Assembly (NCBI GenBank): GCA_039621445.1
Contig: CP154954.1
Coordinates: forward strand, 21,128,642-21,192,641
DNA from: Euglena gracilis
Lineage: Eukaryota
DNA: 64,000 bases
Reading direction: 5' to 3'
Below, piece by piece: positions 36,353 through 64,000 of the stretch. Below the pieces are notes generated by a model. The model saw nothing but the letters and a program-made list of their open reading frames with translations, ran no database searches and was not told the DNA's origin. Both the position numbers and the translations under genes were made by a program. How positions within the stretch are numbered: the stretch's first letter is position 1; the number at the start of each line of letters is the position of its first letter.

Positions 36353-36689
36353 GAACGACAGCCCGGTCTCGGAAGGAAATGCCTGTAAGAGTGGTGGGGG
36401 CAGGGGGGGGTCGGTCGTGGGTCAAAAGTGCACCAAAAAAACGGGCTTTCCTGGTCTTTGGCGCCTTCGGCATGGGAAGTACCTTGGCCGAGTGCCCGGG
36501 CACTTTTGGCCATGTGCTCCCCCCCCCCCCCGGAGGGTCGGGTCTGGGTGCCTTGGAGCCCAGGCAGGCACCCGGGGTGGGGTCGGCCTCACCTTGAAAT
36601 TCCGCCTGGATTTGACGGGGATGACGATTTTGGTGGCACCTGAGATTGTGCGATCTGCAAAGGTGAAGATGGTTGAGCGTTCCGCATAG

Positions 36690-39500
36690 GACTTCCCGCA
36701 ACAACTGCATCAATGCCACGTTTTGCTGCACCAGATTTGTACGTGAACGTCTGTCCTGTGGATCCTTCCACAGCCATTCAGACCCCACTTGAACTCTGCA
36801 GCGCTGGTCTCGTTTTGGACTAGAATTGAGATGACCATAAAGCAGGGGGATGCAAACAGAAAATGCTTACGGGCAGATGAAAAGCTGTACTGCAAAAAAA
36901 ACGTATAAAAGGCGAAAACTGCAAAGCAAAAGCACACACTGTCCCAGTGGGGAAAAAAAAACTCAAAAAACAATCAAATAAAAACCAGACAGGCATCCAA
37001 TAGCAAATGGCGATGTGAAGAAGGCTTCGAATTTATCATGGAAATGCTGTAGAGGGAGAAAGGCTCGCTTGGCCATCCTGGCCCTGCCCATGCTTGTGCT
37101 TACCAACCGGGGGGGGTGGGTGCTATAGGGTGCCTGCCCCTAGCAGGCACACCCCCCCCCCGGGGGGGATAGGGGTTTGGGGGGGACCCAGAAAATTTTC
37201 ATTGAAAATGGCCTTTTCCGGCCCCCGGCGCCTTCGGTGCCAGGGTCGGAGGGGGGTGCCTGCTAGGGGCAGGCACCCCCCAAAACCCTACCCCCCCCCC
37301 CCCCGGGGCGGGCGGATCGGGTGCTATGGGGTGCCTGCTCCTAGCACCCACCCCCCCCCCCTGGGGTAGGCCCTCGACCAAGCACAAGCCTGGCCCTGCC
37401 ACCTTCCCGGCCGGCCAAGGTCGAAAAGTCAAAGAGCTGAGGCCAGGCTGGGCCTTCTGAAGAAAATTGGGGGGCGGACTCACTAAAGAAAGAGAACAAG
37501 AAAGACCAGAAAGGCTTTATTCATCCACGGTTTTTTTTTACAGGACAATACAATGAAAAAAATTTCATCACAATAAACAAATCCTGCTACAGAGCACTGT
37601 AGAGGACAGAAAAATTGAGTTGCTGTTTTTGTAAGGTTGTTGTTCACGACAAACCAGAAAACAGCAGCCTCTCTCTGGCTCACAAGGCAGAGGGAAGAAG
37701 GGCAAGCAACGGAAGAGGCTGGTCCCGCAGCCGGTCATGCACACAAACCGCACACACCAAGCAGCGGGAAGTGGCCAGCGTTCCAGTCGTTCGGGTTCAA
37801 AGCGAGCATTAACAGGCAGTAGGTCCATGGGGGGGGGGTCGATGCTCAGAGACGTCGGCGCCCTCCACGGGAGGCCGGGGCCTTCCGCGCCGCCCCTGGC
37901 CTCTCGCTGGCCCACGGCGGGGGACGGGCCGGGGCGTCTCCGGGCTGCTGGACCCGCGGCAGCAGCCCACCGGGGAAGACGAAGGGAGGCAAGGGGGCTG
38001 CCTCACTGCGGACCGCTGCCAGGGCAGGCTGCAGAAACCCCCCGGGGGTTGGGACCAGAGAATGCAGCGGGGAGGGGAGGGGGCTGCTGGGCGGGGGCCA
38101 CCGCCACCCGACGGCGCGGAGACTGGCGAGGGTGTCGGCGGCGAGCCCCCGGGGGTTGGCTCGAAAAGGTGGGGAGGGGAACCTGCCCGGGCTCTTGTCT
38201 TTGGCACGCCAAAGTACGGGGAAAGTGCGGTTGCCACAGGGGTGTGTCATGGACCAGCCGTGTCAAGGACAGGGGGGGGGAGGTGCCTGCCCCCGCCCCC
38301 AGCACACGCTGGGTCGGGAGGTCCTGGACGGGAAGGGCATCACCCATGGGGTCGACAACATCTGGGGGCGGGGGAGGGGGGTGTTATGCGGTGGCTCGGG
38401 GGAGGAAGCTGGAGACCCGGTCAGCACTGGTGAGGCAGCGGGCCCGGGGGCCCCCCAGCTGCAGCGTCAGGGTCAGGGGCTGCCACTCCCCACCGCCGGG
38501 CCCGGCTTTGGCAGAAGAGGGGTTCTGGAACGTAGGGTTTGGGGTCTGAGATTTCCACGAATTATTATTTCCACCCCCAAAATTGTTATTTTACGCTTAT
38601 TGTAGTTTTTTGTGTTCTATTTTGTTTGACGTTATGTTTTGTTTTTGGAGTTCGTAGGCCCGAAAATGAAAAGTGGCTGGCCCGGCGCCGAAGGCGCCGA
38701 ACTTTTTTTTGATTTTTGGCAAATGTTCATTGCCATCTTCTCATCATTCCAGAGAGGCCGATCCCCGGGGGGGGGGGGGTAAAGTGACTGACTGGTTGTT
38801 GTTTTTTTGAGAAAAAGTGACTGACTGGTTTTTTCAGAGTGCAAAGTGACCCCCCTCCCCCCCCCCCCGGGGTCGCTAAGCAATGGTATGGTCAAGAGGA
38901 CAAATACATTGCGCGGCACTTTCCCCCAGATCTGGAACCCCTGGTGCCGAAGGTGGTGAGCCCCGAAACTGACCATTTTCATGGACTTTTGCCTGAGACG
39001 GAGGGTTGGAACTAACTGTGGGACAAGAATGATGGTTTTCCCCGTGCCATTTTCTCATCCTTCCGGTGCATGTATTCGATGTGTTGGTGAACTTGTGCAT
39101 GCATGTTTTGTATATGCGCATCCCATGGGGGGGGGGGTTCTTGGCCAGAAAACCAATCAGTCACTCTGAAAAAAAACCAGTCAGTCACCCCCCGGGGGTG
39201 GGGTGGGACAGGTGTTAAGCAATGGTATGCTCTTGACTTTGCATTCAGGTTGTTGAGGACACTTTTCTTGCAGCGCACGGCATGATTGCGGATTCCAAAG
39301 GCACCACGAATGCCGAAAATTCACGCAAGGACGAACCCGCCTGGTGGGGGCACGGGCCCCAGAGGCCCCGGCTGCCACGCTACCCATGCGCGGCGGCCCA
39401 GGGAGCACGGTGCGGTGCCCGGGACTCGCAGGAAGGGCGGCAGTGGTAGCCAGGAAAGGAGCACCGACTGGCGTAACCCCCGCCGCAAGCAATGGAAGCA
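36690..39500 (-). CDS. Putative multi-exon gene of unknown function
   Basis: Coding-like islands at ~39320-39490, 38400-38520, 37840-38200, 37000-37455 (GPAWPQLFDFSTLAGREGGRARMAKRAFLPLQHFHDKFEAFFTSPFAIG after removing the MITE) and 36690-36830. No family recognised. Confidence 0.35.
37089..37392. mobile_element. hAT-like MITE (CAKGCTTGTGCTT family); candidate nonconventional intron 37084-37395
   Basis: TIR catgcttgtgctt / aagcacaagcctg. Perfect TSD GCCCTGCC. The flanks join into an open, protein-like frame. Confidence 0.88.
38654..39229. mobile_element. CATACCATTGCT-family MITE split by a local inversion
   Basis: Left half is reversed at ~38654-38890 and followed by GTCAAGAG. Right half is forward at ~39126-39229 and followed by CTCTTGAC, the reverse complement. 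Confidence 0.75.
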
Positions 39501-39597
39501 ACCCCTCCCCCCAAGCAATCAGACAGCACCAGTTCAGCCAACTTGGGCCCAACACCTAAACATAAGCAACCCTGGGGCTGGCTGTTGGAAACTCAAT

Positions 39598-39860
39598 TGG
39601 CATCCATTGGTTATACGCCCCCGGGGGGGGGGGGGTCCTGTAAACACACCAGGGGTCGGCGGAAAATCTTGGGTTATCAATGGAATAAGGTTAGGGTCAG
39701 GATTAGCCTAATTTAGGTCTTACTTTTAGTGTACAAGTTATGCCTGAAGTTAGGCCAAACTCTTAACCCTAACCCTATTCCATCAATAACACTAAAAACT
39801 TTGACCCCCCCCTGGATTAGTTACACGACCCCCCCCCAGGCGTATAACCAATGGCTGCCA
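39598..39860. mobile_element. MITE-like foldback element with internal telomere-like motifs
   Basis: 22-bp inverted repeat tggcatccattggttatacgcc / ggcgtataaccaatggctgcca. Internal ggttagggt and taaccctaaccct. No clear TSD. Confidence 0.6.
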
Positions 39861-40130
39861 CCCAGCTGTAAGCAATCAGTTGCTGAGGTTTAGGAGGAGG
39901 GTCAAGAAAATTTGATTAACACAGCGGTGGCGGTGTGTGTGTGGGGGTGGTGTGTGGACCCCCAAGCCAGAAAAAGCAGCCCAAGAAAGTTTTGCTTTAA
40001 ATAAAAAAAAACCACAACCAGGCGAAGTTCCATTGAAAATGGTCATTATACATCTGTTGTCATGTTTGACACCTAACCATGCGGGCTCTATTTTTCCAGC
40101 GGATGGATGCACAAAGAAGAAGGAATTGCT

Positions 40131-58211
<18,081 letters not shown>

Positions 58212-58658
58212 CGGCCCTCTGTATCAAAATCAATCAGATGGGGGCGTTTGGCAGCATCGGAGGGCTGCAAGTATGGGCATGAAAAATGTCTGCGGACATG
58301 GAAAGGAAATAGATATAGATAGATAGAGGGTGGAAAACACACAAAAAAAACTTCAGGGCTGAAGTAATGTGAATCAAAAAAAAGAAACTGATTTTTTATG
58401 TCACTGAATCGGTTTGATTTGGGGAGGGGGATTCCGCCAAGGGAAAAGACCATCCCTCAAAATAAAGTGGGTGCGATTGAATTAAATGACAAAAAAGCAA
58501 ATGAAAACATGCCAAAGAAATCAAAATGACAAAAAATGGCAATGGGATTGTATATTCATACTGTAAAAGACATATACGTGCACGCAATGACGCAATATTG
58601 TATGCACTCATGCCTGAAATACGTACATATGCACGCGCACATGCGCATATGCATACAT

Positions 58659-58659
<1 letters not shown>

Positions 58660-58750
<91 letters not shown>

Positions 58751-58780
58751 GCACGCACACACACACACACACACACACAC
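58660..58780. repeat. (CA)n microsatellite
   Basis: Directly visible. Confidence 0.95.
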
Positions 58781-60839
58781 ATCATATATTACACCGAAAA
58801 AGAACAAATACTTCATTTTTGGTCCAATGCACAGCGACAAAAAAAATCCAATAACTCCCAACTACTAGCCAAAAAAGTAAAAAAAAAAAACAGCAATCAA
58901 ACAAAAGTTCTCTTTATTGAAAGGTACGCATTTGTTTCTGTGGGGCATGAAGGCACCCAAAACGAAATGCTGAAAATGCAAGAAAATAAAAAATGTCGCA
59001 CGGAGATTCCTTCGGATTTGGCGTAACACATTTTGGGTGTGTTTGGGGGGGGGGGGTGGATATTGGCAACATTCTGTGGTTTTTTGTGTATATTGTGTCT
59101 TTTTCCAGGCAAATTTTCAATTCTTGCTGAGGATCATTTCGACACAAAAAAAGCTTCTGCTTTTTTATTAGATTTTCTCTGCCCTTTGATTAGACAGTGT
59201 GCATAGTAATCGACACCATCACTACTATTATTAGATATAAGTACTATACTGCACCGGGTCTGAAAAAACAAGGTCAGGCGGCGCATCTCGCACTTCAGGA
59301 TTTTTTTCTTTGTCGATGTGCACAACTGCACAAATCGACATTTTCTTCAAAAAAAACACTGAAGTGCCTACTGGGAAAGCAGAAATATGCAAGATGCACA
59401 CCTCGTGATGCACGTTAGGAAACACAAAGGTTTAACTAGTTATCCTAACGAGTTGTGTGTTACATCCGGAGCGACAGATATGTATTCTTGTCAGTCAAGC
59501 AGGCGGGTCATATACCCTGGCTGTGACGGCTACGGGTTTTGGTTTGTCCGCTCCACGTGCATTGCTGATTACTGTTTGATGGGGACTGACTTTCCACCAT
59601 TTAAACAATGTGATGTGCAGTAAAACTAGACGATGATTGTGGCATAAAAACCTTTCCGGAACGCTGCCGCCATCAACGGATCGAAATATGTCTTTACCAA
59701 TGGAAAATTCACATGAAACAAATTTATGAAGTGAGGGTTGATGTGTGCATTTGTGCACACCAACCACATGTGTATTTTGTGTAAATGGTGGAAAATGTGC
59801 GCATTTGCACACATTGACCACTTGTGTATTTGTAGATGGTCGATGTGCATAAATGCGCACACCAACCATCAACAAATGCACGAGTGGCTGATGTGCGCAT
59901 TTGCACACACCAACTGCTTACACAAAATTTACGTGGTTGGTGTGGGCAAATGTGTGAATGGTTGATGTGCGCATTTGCGCACATCAACCACGTGTCGACA
60001 TGTTGTACATTACCACATGAAACAAAACACCTGCCTTTTTTGGTTCTCGAAGTAAAGGTTAGGGTGAAGATTTTGAATGGGCACCATTGTAAGGATTTTG
60101 CACGAACCTTTGTTATACCTCCGTCCACGGAGTGACCTTCGTCCTTGACAGTCAGTTGACGTGCACACCTGCGCACGCTGATCTTCGTCCTTGACAGTTG
60201 ACATGCGCACTTGCGCACATGGACCATTGTGGACGAAAAACTCTTGAATCTGTTGTGTGGTGAAGAAATTCTGGCTTTAGGTTATGCAAAATGTTCAGTA
60301 GAACATGGTCCATGACAGGAGAAAATTTGTTTTTAGGGCAAGCTTGTATGTCTTATCTCCAACCCGCATGACCGGTCGTTTTCGCATCATCGATTTGGAA
60401 GTAGCACGGGAGAAATTAATGACGTATAAACCCCCAAAAATTGTTGTTGGATTTTCTTCAAAATAACGACTTCTAGAATTTTAAAATTGCATTTTTGTTT
60501 TTCGCAGATGTCAAATTGCATGCAACCATTGGTATTCAGCACCTGGATAATTGTGCACAAAACTGGTAAAAAAAAACTGTGGTAAAAAAAAGAGAGAACA
60601 ATGATTCTCGGCCAAGGCACTAGGAAGATTACACAGTGAGCTTTGAGCATAATGATGCTGCAATGCATGATGTTGCAATCATCCATTTGTTGTCATGGGC
60701 AGTGTGCCCCCCCCCAGTCTGCCGTCCCGGGTGTGGGAGATAACATGGCCACGTCGGTGGCTGCTTGCACTGGGGGGTTGATGACGACCTTCGGCTGCTG
60801 AAGCGCCATCACCCGTCGTCACCTGATGTGACTGTTGAA

Positions 60840-61117
60840 CAGGGTTTTTTTATGACCGGGAGGGAGGGGGGGTCCCCCCACCCACCCACCCCTGGGGGCC
60901 CCCAGGGGGGGGGGGTCCCGGGGGACCCACAAAAAATGGGCGAAAATCGCGAAAAGTGCTAAAAATAGCACTTTTCAAAAATTTTCGGCGCCATCGGCGC
61001 CGAAAAGTATATCCCACCCCCCTCCGGGGGGACCCCCCTGGGGGGGGGGGGGGGGGCTCGGCCGGACCCACCCACCCTACCCCCCCCCGAGGGTCCACGA
61101 CTGAAAAAAAACCCCTG
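60840..61117. mobile_element. hAT-like MITE (CAGGGGTTTTT family)
   Basis: TIR cagggtttttt / aaaaaaacccctg. Perfect TSD CTGTTGAA. Confidence 0.9.
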
Positions 61118-61323
61118 CTGTTGAAGCAAAATGCAAGCCAGGGGGCGAGCAGGGGGGGGTTCGAGGGTCCACCCATTGCCCAAGCGGTGCCGTTGGACGT
61201 GTGCCGCGAGGTGCAAGCGGTGGGCCACCTACTAAAGGTCTGCAGTGTCCACCTGGACCTAGCCTGTCACTGGAAAAAAAAACGCCCCAAAATAAACTTC
61301 ATGGTGGAGGAGAGCGTGTGGAC

Positions 61324-61713
61324 CAGGCATTTGCTTAAGGACCCCGGGGGGGGGGGGTACTGGCTAGCCAATCGGCTAGACACTGGAAAAAGTGGACTAG
61401 CTAGACCCCCCCCCCCCCGGGGGGGGGGGGGGGTCCGGGGGTCCCCCGGGCTGGAAAAAAAATTTTCTTCCATTTTGTTCCAAAAATTCCCAAAAATGGC
61501 CAAAAACGGGCATTTTTGGCCATTTTTGGGGGTCCCAAAAAAAATTTTCGGCGCTTCGCGCCGGTCACTGGAAAAAAATTTTCCACTAGCTAGCCCTGCT
61601 AGCAGCCCCCTCCCCCCGGGGGTCTGCTAGAAATCCCACTAGCCAAATTTGGACAAGCTGCAGTCCAGCCCCCCCCCCCCGGGGGGTACTGCAATCCCTT
61701 AAGCAAATGCCTG
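61324..61713. mobile_element. hAT-like MITE
   Basis: Perfect 17-bp TIR CAGGCATTTGCTTAAGG. Perfect TSD GTGTGGAC. Confidence 0.92.
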
Positions 61714-64000
61714 GTGTGGACCATTGCAGGTGGTGTTTGGAGTCGTTTTTGATGAGTTTTGGCTGAAATTTTATTGTTGTGGTTGGTGTGTGCAAATGCG
61801 CACGTTGTAATGGTGTGCCCATTTCGCACTCCGACGACATGCATCTTTACACATGTGGTCAGCGTGCACAAGTGTGCATGTCGACCACGTGCGCATTTGC
61901 GCAAACTGACCACATTTTTTATTCCGACGAGGTGCTTGATACCAAGTGTTTTTTCAATGCATTTCTGTCTGTTTTCTGAGTGAGACTGCATTGTAAGACC
62001 TTCTGGTTGTTGTTGTTTCGAAAGGCTCAGGGGAGCGAGGCTGTTCATGTGCGTGATAGTTGATTGCATCAATGTGCTCAATTTCGCACATTGACCACTC
62101 TGAGGTTACAACGGCCATAAATACCCCAGGATTCCCCGGTGGAAACGGCGCGACAAACACCATGAGTTTGGGAGAGACCATGAGGTCGATTTGCGCAAAT
62201 GCGCACACCATCGATGTTTGTGCAAACCGACGTCATGTGTATTTGTGCAAAGGTCGACATTCTTCCTTTATTCGAACCATGGCAATAAATCATTGCAGTG
62301 AAAGTTGTGTGATCCCCTCCCCCGTTGCATCACAACACAATCTGGAGGAACACATCCTCGTAGAAAATTGGGTGGGGACTCCCGACCCTTCCCTCCCCTT
62401 GTTCCCCATCCTTGTTCCCCACGCTCCAGCAAACGCCAAAAAAAACCAAAACCGGAAAAAATAAAAAAATAGTGTGCCAAAACCCCCCGGAGGGAGACAC
62501 CACCATCTGCCGACAACTGGTGAAGAGAGCCGCAGCACACAAAATGGGGGGAGGCGGCACAGGGGTTTTGGTGTTTTGGTTGGCCTTTTGTCCACTTTGG
62601 GGGGATAGGTCCGGGGGGTTCCAGCAAGGCACCTATAGTCAAGCCCAAACATTTCCCCGTTTTAGGCCATTTCAGGCCATTTTAGGCCATTTTAGGCCAT
62701 TTTAAGGTATAGGTGAGGGTTCTGGAAATCATAATTTTTCGTCAATTTTGTCCCAAAAACTGTATCATAACGTGTGCAAACCTTCTCTTATTCAGTAATA
62801 AGAAATGTACATACAAAAAGCATGCAAAATTCATGAACAATGTATCAAAACCATGATCAACAAATCTTAATTCATACCCATAGAGGAATTCTGAACAGTA
62901 AGAAATTATGGAAGTGAAAATTTTTCAAAAAAACGTTTGACAAATATTAAAAGTTTTTATTTGCGCAACCAAAAAAGCGCCCAGTTTTTTGTATTTTGTG
63001 AAATCGACTCCACCTGCGCCACCTTCGCCATGCTCTGAGCTATGCCGGTATGTGTTCATTACGGGTGTCGTCTTTTTCGGTGCATCTCTCAAGCGTGTAT
63101 TTTTTTTAAGTCTGGAAAGCTCCAAATATCAATGATTTGTGCAGCTGATATCCAGCACTCTTAAGGAGGGATCTTGCCAGGATGTTTATGTGTCCTCGTT
63201 GCTTGCACAGGGGAAGAAGAAGGGACGCCATTTTGCAGGATTTCGCAAAAAGAAGCCATTTTTCTGAAAGATGATGCTGTTGCATGGTGAAATTCAATTT
63301 GAGAGCTGAGCAAAGCTGAGATCAATTCCTCTTCTCCGTGTTTGTTTTCCCCTTTGGGGAATTCATAAACAGGAGAGAATCTCATTCATAATTGTTTGTG
63401 GTTGTTTGGGTCACTTGATCACTCGGCGTGATTATTTGTGGTTTTGGAAAATCCCCAAAATTGTGCTGGTTCGTGATTTGAAGGAATCCCTGGTACGCAA
63501 CAAAACAAATGAGCATGCACATCTTTCAATTGAGATGTTCCAACATCTTTTGTCTTTCTTTCCCTGTCTTTTTCCCCATGCTTCCAAATTTGCACTGTTT
63601 CATTATTTGCAAAACAGACATCGTTGCGCACCAAAAAAGATGGGAGTAAGAAAAAAATTCAGCTGCCCAAGAAGGTTGGGGATCATGGGGACTGATACTG
63701 ATACTCACAATGAATTGCCACCTGTCTCAAAAATTTTGCCACTGTCTCAAAGTATGACTGCAATCTTCTCAAAAGCAATTTTCCACTTGTCTCATAATCA
63801 GAAAAAAGAAGTGTCCATTGGGGTGGACAGTCAAAGAAAGTCATCCGACAGCCCCGTCAGGAGGGCCCACATTTTAGGCAAATCCCTGGCCAACAAATTG
63901 TACCCATGACGAGCATTATTCGGATCAGACATGGATGCAAGAGAAAAAGACGCTTATGAAACAGAAACTTGTCTTCCAAACACAACATGAGGACATTCAT

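Noticed and set aside
39690-39780. Telomere or interstitial telomeric array
   Set aside because: Only two or three degenerate TTAGGG units inside a foldback element.
60700-61260. Exon interrupted by MITE 60840-61117 as another introner
   Set aside because: The flanks are GC-rich but give no recognisable protein, the frame is ambiguous, and the minus-strand junction would start the exon with C.
62900-64000. Transposase gene at the window end
   Set aside because: The frames I read contain multiple stops and no motif I can support; it may be a decayed element and needs an HMM search.

Overview
This is eukaryotic, repeat-rich genomic DNA with the signature of a euglenid (Euglena-like) nuclear genome; the organism is inferred from intron type. 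Five to six intron-split genes all lie on the minus strand: an RRM-protein 5' end, a tandem calcyphosin-like EF-hand protein, a GT92/DUF23-like glycosyltransferase, a KEEL-ended ER protein with a SAP/ARMET-C-like domain, an unknown gene, and an NSUN2/Trm4-like m5C RNA methyltransferase. The genes mix GT-AG/GC-AG introns with at least 14 non-GT-AG 'nonconventional' introns. These have terminal inverted stems starting at +4 and ending at -6 (occasionally -7), and removing them restores conserved motifs exactly. Main finding: several of these introns are intact hAT-type DNA transposon insertions. The TIR forms the intron stem, and the 3 nt + 5 nt outside the stem equal exactly one copy of the 8-bp target-site duplication, so splicing restores the pre-insertion exon without a scar. 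The same TIR families also occur as ordinary nested MITEs. One such intron holds a probable transposase relic, and hAT transposase fragments sit in several neighbouring elements. All gene models were built by hand and need RNA-seq confirmation.
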